From the NCBI RefSeq assembly GCF_047555085.1, contig NZ_CP180230.1, positions 810,001 through 842,000 on the forward strand: a stretch of 32,000 bases of DNA, given 5' to 3'. The notes beneath the pieces were generated by a model. That model saw nothing but the letters and a program-made list of their open reading frames with translations, did not search any database and was not told the DNA's origin. Origin of the DNA: Candidatus Saccharimonadota bacterium (lineage in GTDB: Archaea; Nanohalarchaeota; Nanosalinia; Nanosalinales; Nanosalinaceae). Position numbers and translations under genes: made by a program. Shown one piece after another: positions 16,168-24,348 of the stretch. The number at the start of each line of letters is the position of its first letter. Position 1 is the stretch's first letter.

Positions 16168-17454
16168 ATGGCTGATAAACCACACATTAATCTAGTATTC
16201 ATTGGACACGTTGACCACGGTAAGTCTACCACTATTGGACGACTTCTGTGGGATACAGAAAACCTACCGGAAGAAGAGATGCGCAAGCTTGAGGATGCTG
16301 CTGAGGAAGCAGGTAAGGATACCTTCGGTTTCGCGTTTGCTATGGACTCGCTTGAGGAAGAGCGTGAGAGAGGAGTTACTATTGACCTTGCTCACAAGGA
16401 ATTCGACTCTGAAAACTACTTCTTCACGATTATCGATGCTCCAGGGCACCGTGACTTCATTAAGAACATGATCACAGGAGCTTCTCAGGCTGACGCCGCA
16501 GTTCTTGTCGTCGCTGCAGACGACGGAATTCAACCTCAGACCAAGGAGCATGCTTACCTTGCCAAGACTCTTGGAATCGACCAGATGGTCGTCGCCGTCA
16601 ACAAGATGGATCTCGCTGACTACGAAGAAGATGGTTACGAGGACATCAAGGGCGAAGTTTCCGAGATGCTTGGAGGCGTAGGTTACAATACAGACGATAT
16701 CGACTTTGTACCTATCTCTTCCTTCCACGGAGAAGGCGTCGCAGAGCTTTCAGACGAGATGGGATGGTACGAAGGACCAAGCCTACTCGATGCACTTGAC
16801 GATCTTGAAGAACCTGAAAAACCTATCGATCTTCCGCTCAGAGTTCCTATTCAGGACGTCTACAAGATCTCCGGAATCGGAGCAGTTACAGTCGGAAGAG
16901 TCGAGACAGGAGACATCGCACAGGGCGACAACATCAAGTTCGAACCTGCATCCACACGACTTAACAAGAACATCGGTGGAGAAGTCAAGACGATCGAGAT
17001 GCACCACGAAGAAGTTGAAGAAGCAACACCTGGAGACAACATCGGATGGAATACAAGAGGAGTCGGACAGGACGACGTCAAGAAAGGAGACGTCGCAGGA
17101 CCTTCCGACAACCCACCTACAGTTGTCGAAAGCTTCGAGGCACAGATCATCGTCCTCAACCACCCTAACGTCATCTCCGAGGGATACACACCAGTATTCC
17201 ACGTCAACACAGCACAGGTTTCATGCACCTTCAGCGACCTGAAGAAGACCATGAATCCAAAGACAGGAGAGACAATCGAAGAAGACCCAGACTACATCAA
17301 ACAGGGTCAGGCAGCAATCGTGGAAATCATTCCACAGCAGCCACTAGTCATCGAATCCAACGATGACAACCCACAGATGTCCCGTTTCGCAGTCAGAGAC
17401 ATGGGACAGACAGTTGGAGCCGGACAGGCCCTATCTGTCACAGAGAAAGAATAG
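16168..17454 (+). CDS. tuf: Translation elongation factor aEF-1alpha
   Basis: [21 protein letters not shown] (G1), DAPGHRDF (G3), NKMD (G4). The track start GTG 16156 lies inside a Shine-Dalgarno-like AGGTGAT (16154-16160). The ATG at 16168 is 8 nt downstream of it, so I prefer it. Confidence 0.95.
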   Translation: MADKPHINLVFIGHVDHGKSTTIGRLLWDTENLPEEEMRKLEDAAEEAGKDTFGFAFAMDSLEEERERGVTIDLAHKEFDSENYFFTIIDAPGHRDFIKNMITGASQADAAVLVVAADDGIQPQTKEHAYLAKTLGIDQMVVAVNKMDLADYEEDGYEDIKGEVSEMLGGVGYNTDDIDFVPISSFHGEGVAELSDEMGWYEGPSLLDALDDLEEPEKPIDLPLRVPIQDVYKISGIGAVTVGRVETGDIAQGDNIKFEPASTRLNKNIGGEVKTIEMHHEEVEEATPGDNIGWNTRGVGQDDVKKGDVAGPSDNPPTVVESFEAQIIVLNHPNVISEGYTPVFHVNTAQVSCTFSDLKKTMNPKTGETIEEDPDYIKQGQAAIVEIIPQQPLVIESNDDNPQMSRFAVRDMGQTVGAGQALSVTEKE

Positions 17455-17475
17455 AATAACTCTTTCTCTACCTTC

Positions 17476-17509
17476 GAGAGGCCTTCAAAGGCCTCTCACA
17501 CATATTTTT
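17476..17509 (+). terminator. Hairpin plus T-run downstream of tuf
   Basis: GAGAGGCC-ttcaaa-GGCCTCTC forms a perfect 8-bp stem (17476-17497), followed by a TTTTT run at 17505-17509. The stem is built from two AGGCCT copies. Confidence 0.45.
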
Positions 17510-17600
17510 ATCTCAAATTTCTCCAGAAAAGTTTTTGCAGATTACAGAAACCTTTCCACTGAAGTTTTTCCGGATATCTGTGAATAGACCCCTGAATACC

Positions 17601-17609
17601 ATTTAAAAG
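17601..17609 (+). promoter_or_regulatory. TATA box (ATTTAAAAG) for rps10
   Basis: Centred about 28 nt upstream of ATG 17633, consistent with a leaderless transcript. Confidence 0.45.
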
Positions 17610-17632
17610 AATTAACTGTAGAATAGTTTTCT

Positions 17633-17941
17633 ATGCAAGAAGCAAGAGTAAAGCTCCGAAGTACGGAACAGGAAAAAGTCGATGATCTGGCGGATGAGAT
17701 TCTGGAGATCGGAGACGAGTACGATGCTGAAGTTTCAGGCCCTGTACCTCTTCCTACTGACAGGATGCACATCCCTACAAGGAAGGCTCCTGACGGTGAA
17801 GGAAGCTCAACTATTGAGAGGTACGACATGCATGTACACAAGAGGCTTGTAACTATCAAGGAAAGCGAGAGAGCTCTCCGACAGGTCATGCGTGTGCACG
17901 TTCCGGAAGGCGTAGAGATAGAAATCGAGCTCAAGGAATAA
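17633..17941 (+). CDS. rps10: Ribosomal protein S10 (uS10)
   Basis: 102 aa. ARVKLRSTEQEKVD..., GPVPLPT, and HKRLVTI with a C-terminal VEIEIE. Conserved tuf-rps10 order. Confidence 0.9.
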   Translation: MQEARVKLRSTEQEKVDDLADEILEIGDEYDAEVSGPVPLPTDRMHIPTRKAPDGEGSSTIERYDMHVHKRLVTIKESERALRQVMRVHVPEGVEIEIELKE

Positions 17942-17968
17942 ATTTCTTCACTCCTTAATTTCTGGAAC

Positions 17969-18325
17969 ATGCAGGACGAAGTGATCAGCGGCTACGATAA
18001 AGCCGAACACTACAGTTCTTCTATCCAACTTGACAGAGGCCTTGAAGCCGATATAACAGTTTTTACTGTTTACAGGGATGCTGAAGGCGATCTTGATGAA
18101 GAGTTCCAGATGATTGAATATATTTTCAGCCGGGATGTCTCCAGAGGCCTTGAAAAGTTCCGTGAGCGAGCGGAAGAGTTTTCTGATTACCGTTTCTTCC
18201 CGATAATAGGGGATCACAGAGCACCTTCAGAGGCCACTGTGATGATTAACGACGATGATAGAGTGGAGGTTGCGGAGTTTGCCGAGGAACTGATCGAAGA
18301 GGTTCACTCGGAGATAGGTCTTTAG
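17969..18325 (+). CDS. Hypothetical acidic protein
   Basis: 118 aa with acidic composition matching this genome. No family recognised. Confidence 0.45.
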   Translation: MQDEVISGYDKAEHYSSSIQLDRGLEADITVFTVYRDAEGDLDEEFQMIEYIFSRDVSRGLEKFRERAEEFSDYRFFPIIGDHRAPSEATVMINDDDRVEVAEFAEELIEEVHSEIGL

Positions 18326-18418
18326 AACCTCTCCTAATTTAAAACTTCCAAGAAACTATTCAATTATAGAGGCCTCTCAACTTTGAGGCCTTGACTTAAG
18401 CAAATACATAGAGTATTT

Positions 18419-18505
18419 GCCGGGATGACAGAGTGGCTAATTGTGCCGGTCTTGAGAACCGGTGACCCATATGCGGTCTCCTGGGTTCAAATCCCAGTCC
18501 CGGCG
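18419..18505 (+). tRNA. tRNA-Ser (anticodon UGA), class II with long variable arm
   Basis: Acceptor GCCGGGA/TCCCGGC, anticodon stem CCGGT/ACCGG with loop CTTGAGA (anticodon TGA), a long variable arm, T arm CTGGG-TTCAAAT-CCCAG, discriminator G. Confidence 0.85.
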
Positions 18506-18580
18506 TTTCACGCCTTTTCTGGGATTTTTCAAATCGACGAAAATCTTAGATTTTCTGGAGACACAGAAGCTTGTCAGAGC

Positions 18581-18614
18581 TTCGAGTCCCAGTCCCGGCG
18601 TTTCACACCTTTTC
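18581..18614 (+). repeat. Partial second copy of the tRNA-Ser 3' end plus its 3' flank
   Basis: 18581-18614 aligns with 18486-18519 with 3 mismatches in 34 nt. The core TCCCAGTCCCGGCGTTTCAC is identical (18492-18511 and 18587-18606). The copy lacks the 5' T-stem strand, so it is not a functional tRNA. Confidence 0.7.
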
Positions 18615-18660
18615 AGACTGGAAAATGTTCTTAAACAAGTATTACGTATTGTAACCCATA

Positions 18661-19080
18661 ATGTCGAAGACCGCTCGAGATCTCATGGATGAACCTGATT
18701 TTATAGAGCATGATGCATCCGTCAAGGATGTGGAAAAAGAGTTCGACAGCTCGGAGAACACCCTAATAGTAAAGCATAACGGAGAAGCTGTCGGAGAAAT
18801 ACATGAGAACTCACTTCTGAAGGCCCTGATTCCAGAGGAAAAAATCGATGAGGAATCACTGATAGGTATTCTAGGCCTCTCATTCGATCAGAGTTATGCT
18901 CCAGAAACAGCAGAGGATCTGATGAATGAGCACGAAGTAACTGTTCCGCCAGAGGAAACTCTCGGTGAACTGGCTTTTCTTATGGATCGTGAAGACGTAA
19001 GATCTCTGCCAGTAAAAGAGGACGGCGAGATAATCGGAGTCGTACATGAAGACGCTGTAGTAAGAGAGGGCGAGGTGTAA
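18661..19080 (+). CDS. CBS-domain pair protein
   Basis: 139 aa. Two CBS-like halves (ARDLMDEPDFIEHDASVKD...IVKHNGEAVGEI and AEDLMNEHEVTVPPEETLGELAFLM....SLPVKEDGEIIGVV). Confidence 0.75.
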   Translation: MSKTARDLMDEPDFIEHDASVKDVEKEFDSSENTLIVKHNGEAVGEIHENSLLKALIPEEKIDEESLIGILGLSFDQSYAPETAEDLMNEHEVTVPPEETLGELAFLMDREDVRSLPVKEDGEIIGVVHEDAVVREGEV

Positions 19081-19087
19081 AAACTCT

Positions 19088-20245
19088 ATGGCAGCAGGCC
19101 TGGCAGCTCAGACAATGTACGAACTGGGTATCCTTCTATTCCTTTCGTTTATAGTCGGAGAGATATTTGAAAGAGTTGGAATAGAATCCATAATCGGATA
19201 CATTGTTACAGGCCTGATAATGGGGCCTTCAGTACTTGGCATGATAGAGGCTGAGGCTGTTAAAGGATTTGCAACAATCGGTGCTTCTCTAGTACTTTTC
19301 CAGGCAGGCTTGAGGGAGGAGAACGCTGTTAAAATTTTCAGGCACAGGCAGGGCCTGCAGCTAGGTATCGGAGTTCTTCTTGGAGCTTTTGCCTTCATCT
19401 TCGGAATGTTGATGCTTTTTGGAGAGACTTTCCTTCCTTACAGCGACTTGACGGCTTTCGTATATCTTGCACTGGGATATGCAATCGTTGACATCGGTGT
19501 ACCGTCTAAGATCATGCTTTCGAAGGGTATGATGCGTGAGCCGACAGGCAAGTATGCGATCAAGTCCTCAGTGATCAATGTAACAGTAGGATTGCTTGCT
19601 GTTACAGGCCTTGTAATTCTTAACTCATCAGCTGAAACGATGCTTCTGAAGATTGCAGGAATCTTCGGATTCGCAGCAGGATTCTACGTGCTTCACGAGT
19701 TCATCCACAGACTTGATGACTATATAATGATGTTTGAAGAGGCCGAGGCACAGTTCGCGATAACTTTCTCCCTGCTGCTAGGCCTCAGTTATGCTACAGA
19801 GATAATAGGCCTCTCTACAGTTCTTGGAGCGTTCTTCGCAGGTATAATCGTTTCAAGAAGTGATTTCTCTGATTCACGTGCCTTCCAGGAGAAGATTCAG
19901 GCCATCGGATTAGGCCTTTTCATCCCTATTTTCTTTGCATGGTTCGGACTGGGCCTTCATCTTGACAGCATCATCGCTAACTTCGGTGCAGCAGCCTTCC
20001 TTTTCGGGCTTTCAACGGTTTCAAAGATATCGATCGGATACGTTATGTCTCGGCTTCACGGCATGGATAAGCCTATGACTGTGGCGGCCTCTCTACTGAG
20101 TCTTGATATCGAGACGCTTGTAGTACTGTTGATCGGTATCGATATGGGTATCTTTGGGAATGAAATCCTTCAGATATTCGCTCCTTCGGTCCTGCTTTCC
20201 ACAGCAACTATCGTTATTCTCTATGCTGTGCTTGAAAGGATGTAG
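19088..20245 (+). CDS. CPA2-family cation/proton antiporter, membrane domain only (no RCK)
   Basis: 385 aa, polytopic, with GYIVTGLIMGPSVLG and GAFFAGIIVS motifs of the Na_H_exchanger family. It begins 7 nt after the CBS gene. Confidence 0.78.
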   Translation: MAAGLAAQTMYELGILLFLSFIVGEIFERVGIESIIGYIVTGLIMGPSVLGMIEAEAVKGFATIGASLVLFQAGLREENAVKIFRHRQGLQLGIGVLLGAFAFIFGMLMLFGETFLPYSDLTAFVYLALGYAIVDIGVPSKIMLSKGMMREPTGKYAIKSSVINVTVGLLAVTGLVILNSSAETMLLKIAGIFGFAAGFYVLHEFIHRLDDYIMMFEEAEAQFAITFSLLLGLSYATEIIGLSTVLGAFFAGIIVSRSDFSDSRAFQEKIQAIGLGLFIPIFFAWFGLGLHLDSIIANFGAAAFLFGLSTVSKISIGYVMSRLHGMDKPMTVAASLLSLDIETLVVLLIGIDMGIFGNEILQIFAPSVLLSTATIVILYAVLERM

Positions 20246-20295
20246 AGGCCTCTAGACGGGAAAGTTAAATAAAAAAGGAGTGATTAATAGAGTGT

Positions 20296-21228
20296 ATGAG
20301 CCTATTCAAGGACCTGAACAGACTTATCAGCAATACTAAGGAGCTTCTGGAGACTATCAAACAGGACGAGGGGAAAGAAGGGAAGGAGATAACTCATTCT
20401 GAGAAGCTGGAGCAAATGATCGATGACGGCCAGCTTACACGTGAAAATGTTCAGGAGCTTGTAAACGAGCAGAAACAGGAAGTTCAGGGAATGGGCAAGA
20501 TCGTCAGCGAGCTTACAGAAGCCACGGAGATGACAGAGGAGCAGATCCAGATGCTGGCCCAGATAATCCAGCAGATCGGAAGTCAGGAGAACAACACGGA
20601 CAACAAAATGAATAATATAGACGAGATTTTGCAGGAGATGTCTCAGAACGGCGTCAGCTCTGATCTAGTGAATATGCTGCTGGGCGAGCTTGATGAAGTA
20701 GCTGATCAGATCAAACAGGAGGCAGATGAAGAGGAAGAAGCCGGAAAAGACGCTGAAGAGATCGGACGTGAAGAGGAGATAGAGGCCAAAGAGGAAAATC
20801 AGGCTGCAGGAGAGATGTCCGAGCTTGAATCTGAGACCGAGCATGCTGATGAAGAGGCTCAGGCAGCCGGGAACAAACAGTGGGATGAAAACGAAAAAGA
20901 GATGGAGAGTACTGAAAGTCAGGAAGCAGATCAGCTCAAGGAAGATATCTCCCGATCCAAAAAAGAAGAAGACCAGCTTGAAGAACTGGCAGAAGAAGGA
21001 GAAGCAGAGGCAGAACACACATCTGAAGAAGCACAGCATCTTGAAGAAGAGGCAGAAGAAGCACGATCAATGATAGAAGGAAGCCCTGCCGACTCTCAGG
21101 AAGTGGAAAATGAGCTGGATAGCGTGGAGAACGAGGCCGAACAGGCAGCGGCAGAGGCCTCTGATGCAGCTCAGGAGTTCAGCGCGGCAGAAAACGAAGC
21201 CGAACAGGCGGAGAAGGCGGAACCATAG
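20296..21228 (+). CDS. Hyper-acidic Glu-rich low-complexity/coiled-coil protein
   Basis: 310 aa. The C-terminal two thirds are dominated by E, A, Q and D, with ENEAEQA appearing twice. The alternative-frame ORFs here are frame shadows of GAA/GAG repeats. Confidence 0.6.
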   Translation: MSLFKDLNRLISNTKELLETIKQDEGKEGKEITHSEKLEQMIDDGQLTRENVQELVNEQKQEVQGMGKIVSELTEATEMTEEQIQMLAQIIQQIGSQENNTDNKMNNIDEILQEMSQNGVSSDLVNMLLGELDEVADQIKQEADEEEEAGKDAEEIGREEEIEAKEENQAAGEMSELESETEHADEEAQAAGNKQWDENEKEMESTESQEADQLKEDISRSKKEEDQLEELAEEGEAEAEHTSEEAQHLEEEAEEARSMIEGSPADSQEVENELDSVENEAEQAAAEASDAAQEFSAAENEAEQAEKAEP

Positions 21229-21231
21229 GCC

Positions 21232-21579
21232 ATGAGTTCCAAAGAGGATTATCTCAGGGAAATTTTTGTATTGACAGAGGGCGGCGACTCAAAGACCTCT
21301 ACATCCGAGCTGGCGCGTGAAATGGATGTAACTAATGCCAGCGTTTCGGAGGCTGTTCAGAAACTTGAACAGGAGAAGCTTGTCTGTAGAGCAGCCTACA
21401 AAGGATTCACTTTAAGTCCTATGGGCAAAGAAGAGGCCTCAAAGCTTTCAGAGAAGCATAGAAGACTGGAAAAAATTTTCTCACAGCTTGAAGTTGAAGA
21501 TCCGGAACAGGAGGCGGACAGTGTCGAGCACTCGATCTCGCTTGAAGCAGTGGAGAAACTTGAAGACGAAGTCCTGTAA
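21232..21579 (+). CDS. Short DtxR/MntR-family metal-dependent transcriptional regulator
   Basis: 115 aa. EDYLREIFVL...TSELAREMDVTNASVSEAVQKLEQEKLV is a winged HTH, followed by HRRLEKIF and VEHSIS, as in the DtxR-family dimerisation and metal region. Confidence 0.72.
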   Translation: MSSKEDYLREIFVLTEGGDSKTSTSELAREMDVTNASVSEAVQKLEQEKLVCRAAYKGFTLSPMGKEEASKLSEKHRRLEKIFSQLEVEDPEQEADSVEHSISLEAVEKLEDEVL

Positions 21580-21623
21580 ACTTTTGATTACTTAAAACTG
21601 ACCTTACATGTTTTCTCCATAGG

Positions 21624-21640
21624 GATAGCCCCCTGGTGTA
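21624..21640 (+). repeat. Duplicated 5' end of tRNA-Gln(CUG)
   Basis: GATAGCCCCCTGGTGTA at 21624-21640 is identical to 21711-21727, which is 3 nt of 5' flank plus the first 14 nt of the tRNA. Weaker similarity continues for about 20 nt. Confidence 0.65.
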
Positions 21641-21713
21641 CAGTCATCTCATAGAGGAGAAGACTGAAATTGAAAATCCTGAGGATTTTCAGCTTACACG
21701 CAGGGAAACAGAT

Positions 21714-21786
21714 AGCCCCCTGGTGTAGTGGCCAATCATGAGAGGCCCTGGCCCTCTCGACGCAGGTTCGAATCCTGCGGGGGCTA
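21714..21786 (+). tRNA. tRNA-Gln (anticodon CUG), with an atypical anticodon loop
   Basis: Acceptor AGCCCCC/GGGGGCT with A73, and the A1-U72 pair typical of archaeal tRNA-Gln. Anticodon stem AGAGG/CCTCT with loop CCCTGGC. T arm GCAGG-TTCGAAT-CCTGC. It aligns column by column with the Gln-UUG gene at 23874. Confidence 0.7.
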
Positions 21787-21850
21787 AATACTTTTTCTGT
21801 ACAGTTTGTCGCGGATAGTTTCAAAAGACAGGCCTTCCAATCTAGGTTCT

Positions 21851-22246
21851 ATGAAGAAAAGTTATTTTCTGATGATAGTTCTCGGTGCAGTACTGGTGAC
21901 ATCCGGATGTGCCTCGACAACTGACTCTCCTGTAGAAAATCCTGCTAACAGTTCTGAGGCCTCCTCTGAAGTTAACAGGACTATACAGGTCAACGGAGGC
22001 AACTTCTACTTTGAGTCTGATGATATCGAGGTAGAGGCTGGACAAACTGTAAGATTCGTTTTCGTGAACGATGGAGGTACACATGATATGCGGATTCCTT
22101 CAATGAACGCAGGAACAGAGATTATCTCCGGTGGAGAAAGCGAAAGCTTTACAGTAACCTTCGATGAGGAAGGAGAAATAGAGTTCATCTGTTCTGTAGG
22201 AAACCACGCCGAACAGGGCATGACCGGGACAATCACAGTAACCTGA
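21851..22246 (+). CDS. Cupredoxin (plastocyanin/halocyanin-like blue copper protein), probable lipoprotein
   Basis: MKKSYFLMIVLGAVLVTSGCAS is a lipobox-type signal. The type-1 Cu ligand pattern is H(DMRIP)...CSVGNHAEQGM. The track start 21806 is a non-ATG codon that begins only 20 nt past the tRNA end, so I prefer ATG 21851. Confidence 0.8.
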   Translation: MKKSYFLMIVLGAVLVTSGCASTTDSPVENPANSSEASSEVNRTIQVNGGNFYFESDDIEVEAGQTVRFVFVNDGGTHDMRIPSMNAGTEIISGGESESFTVTFDEEGEIEFICSVGNHAEQGMTGTITVT

Positions 22247-22336
22247 AAAATTTCAGGACATTCTCTTTTTTCCTTTTTTGAATTTTTTACTTAGCACCTG
22301 ATAATTTCTAAAGGCCTGTAAAACAAAAAAACAAAT

Positions 22337-23242
22337 GTGATTCAGCAACTTCTTCTGCTTGCGATCGGCTTCATAGGCCTCTGGTACTCTGCAGAAAGAA
22401 CTGTGGAGAACTCTGAGGGCCTGGTGCAGAAGCTGGGGATGTCCGGATTTACTTTTGGAGCTATTTTTGTCTCAGTTTCTACAGGACTTCCAGAGATTTT
22501 TACTGCACTCGTCTCGACCATGCAGAAAGTTCCTGAGCTTTCAGCGGGCGATATAATCGGCTCCACACTTGTAAACATGACGTTGATACTTGGAGCAACT
22601 GCCTTGACAGCACGGGAAATGGAGTTAACTGAAGACGATATACATCTGATTAAGGCCTCATGCGCCACAATTTTCATCGCTGCGGGAATACTTTACGCAG
22701 CCGGCGCACTCACTGCATACACCAGTCTGGCTCTTACAGGCCTCTACATCGCTTTCCTTTCACTCTTCGGAGACTCATACTTCAAGATGGACAGCCATGA
22801 AGACGGAGAACTGAGGTACAGTGTTTTGAGGACAGGCCTCGGTCTTGTGGGATTACTGGTGTTCGCCCGTGTAACAGTATTCTCAGCCGTGAACATCGGG
22901 GAAATACTTGGCATACCAGTGGAGATTCTTGGAACAACTGTTGTAGCTGTCGGAACAGGCCTGCCGGAACTGGCCTTCGAGATAACATCAGTGAAAAACG
23001 GAGACTACGATCTGGCACTGGGAGATATCTTTGGATCCACAGTTGTCAATATCACTCTTGTGACAGGCCTCCTCGGAGCGATGAACACTCTTGTGTTAAC
23101 TCATGCAATCCCTGTACTGGCCATGATACTCGCTGTATCCGCAGGTATATTTCTTCTGAGCAGGAAGAAAAACTTCTCATGGATAGACGGAGCTGTGCTT
23201 TTAGGCCTGTTTATACTTTACATGCTGTTCCAGTTACTGTAG
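22337..23242 (+). CDS. CaCA-family sodium/calcium exchanger membrane protein (YrbG-like)
   Basis: 301 aa with two alpha-repeat signatures, GDIIGSTLVNMTLILG and GDIFGSTVVNITLVTG. GTG start. Confidence 0.8.
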   Translation: MIQQLLLLAIGFIGLWYSAERTVENSEGLVQKLGMSGFTFGAIFVSVSTGLPEIFTALVSTMQKVPELSAGDIIGSTLVNMTLILGATALTAREMELTEDDIHLIKASCATIFIAAGILYAAGALTAYTSLALTGLYIAFLSLFGDSYFKMDSHEDGELRYSVLRTGLGLVGLLVFARVTVFSAVNIGEILGIPVEILGTTVVAVGTGLPELAFEITSVKNGDYDLALGDIFGSTVVNITLVTGLLGAMNTLVLTHAIPVLAMILAVSAGIFLLSRKKNFSWIDGAVLLGLFILYMLFQLL

Positions 23243-23285
23243 AGTTCGAAATAAAAACGTGGAGTAAGGACTTTTCCACAGGCCT

Positions 23286-23825
23286 ATGAAGGATCTGGAA
23301 GAATTTTTCAACGATATCAACGAATTAAAGCATACCGAAAGAGAGGGATGGAAAGATGTAGTTGACAGGCCTCGCGACACGATCGCATCCCACAGCTTCG
23401 GCGCCGCATTACTAGGCTGGGCGTTGTCGGAGAAAGAAGGCCTTGAATCGGATAAAATCGTCAAGATGCTTCTGATGCATGACTTGATAATGGCATACGT
23501 TGAAGATTTTACTCCGGAAGATGAAGAGTTTGATTCGAAGAAAGAGATGGAAAGAGAGGCCTCGGAGAGACTTTTCAACGATATTCCTGATGAGATCGAG
23601 GACGAGTTCAGAGATCTTTTCCACGAGTTGCAGGAACAGGAAACTGAGGAAGCAAGATTTGCGAAGGAGTGCGACAAACTGGATACGCTTTTCCAGGCCT
23701 CAAAGTACTCTGAAGAAACAGGCGAGGATCATCTCAGAGAGTTTCTGGATTTCTACAGGGAGAATTTTGAAAGCGATACAGGAAAGAAAGTTTTCAGCAG
23801 TCTCGAACAGAAAAGTTTCGAATAG
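23286..23825 (+). CDS. HD-domain phosphohydrolase (YfbR-like 5'-nucleotidase type)
   Basis: 179 aa. REGW...RPRDTIASHSF...LLMHDL...D pattern (H...HD...D). Confidence 0.72.
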   Translation: MKDLEEFFNDINELKHTEREGWKDVVDRPRDTIASHSFGAALLGWALSEKEGLESDKIVKMLLMHDLIMAYVEDFTPEDEEFDSKKEMEREASERLFNDIPDEIEDEFRDLFHELQEQETEEARFAKECDKLDTLFQASKYSEETGEDHLREFLDFYRENFESDTGKKVFSSLEQKSFE

Positions 23826-23873
23826 GCCTGAGTATTTCTTAAGAGTTGAAGCGATAAAGACTGTATAACGGAT

Positions 23874-23946
23874 AGCCCCGTAGCATAGTGGTCAAGTGCA
23901 CCAGCCTTTGGAGCTGGCGACCCCGGTTCGAATCCGGGCGGGGCTA
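23874..23946 (+). tRNA. tRNA-Gln (anticodon UUG)
   Basis: Acceptor AGCCCCG/CGGGGCT with A73, anticodon stem CCAGC/GCTGG with loop CTTTGGA, T arm CCCGG-TTCGAAT-CCGGG. Confidence 0.85.
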
Positions 23947-23989
23947 ACCTGAAAAAGTGGTTTAAGATTGAGGCCTCTACTTCTTTTCT

Positions 23990-24268
23990 ATGGGAGACGA
24001 AATACGTGCATCACACATTCTAGTCGATAACGAAGAACACGCTAAACAGATCAAGCTTGACTTGGACAGGACTGACAAAAGCTTTGCTGAACTGGCCAAG
24101 GAGAAAAGTGAAGGCCCTTCCGGAGACAACGGTGGAGATCTCGGTACTTTCGGCAGAGGGAAGATGGTGCCTGAGTTCGAGAAAGTTGCCTTTGATCTCG
24201 ACGTTGATGAAGTCAGCGATCCTGTTGAGACAGAGTTCGGATGGCATATAATCAAGCGGACAGAATAG
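23990..24268 (+). CDS. Parvulin-type peptidyl-prolyl cis-trans isomerase (PpiC/PinA-like)
   Basis: 92 aa. IRASHILV...[39 protein letters not shown]...[16 protein letters not shown]. Confidence 0.85.
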   Translation: MGDEIRASHILVDNEEHAKQIKLDLDRTDKSFAELAKEKSEGPSGDNGGDLGTFGRGKMVPEFEKVAFDLDVDEVSDPVETEFGWHIIKRTE

Positions 24269-24308
24269 AGAAATTTTTCGGGTGAATGGCCGAGAGGCCT
24301 TTCACACC

Positions 24309-24317
24309 TTTATAAAA
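24309..24317 (+). promoter_or_regulatory. TATA box (TTTATAAAA) for the rps13 operon
   Basis: Same TTTATAAAATTT 12-mer as upstream of rps3ae. It lies about 36 nt upstream of ATG 24349 and about 21 nt upstream of the track's GTG 24334. Confidence 0.5.
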
Positions 24318-24348
24318 TTTAACGAGGATTTAGGTGTTACGAGTTATC

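Noticed and set aside
16202-17252. Several alternative-frame and antisense ORFs inside tuf (16202-16471, 16264-16728, 16706-17242, 16783-17202, 16860-17252)
   Set aside because: The aEF-1alpha frame is unambiguous, with G1, G3 and G4 motifs. The others are shadow ORFs favoured by biased codon usage.
18425-18692. Two plus-strand ORFs (18425-18634, 18462-18692) in the track
   Set aside because: They run through tRNA-Ser and its duplicated 3' fragment. Their repeated peptide (SQSRRFTPF) only reflects the DNA repeat.
20665-21073. Lys-rich plus-strand ORF (20825-21073) and Phe/Leu-rich minus-strand ORF (20665-21039) in the acidic-protein gene
   Set aside because: These are frame-shifted or reverse readings of GAA/GAG-rich repeats. 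The Glu-rich frame is the long one and fits the operon spacing.
18486-21727. Possibility that the short direct repeats near the tRNAs are a CRISPR array or a miniature mobile element
   Set aside because: There are only two copies of each, they derive from the tRNA ends, and they are of unequal length. There are no regularly spaced repeats, terminal inverted repeats, transposase, integrase or cas genes in the window.
21588-21824. 78-aa minus-strand ORF
   Set aside because: It is antisense to tRNA-Gln(CUG) and its duplicated 5' fragment, and has no protein-like features.
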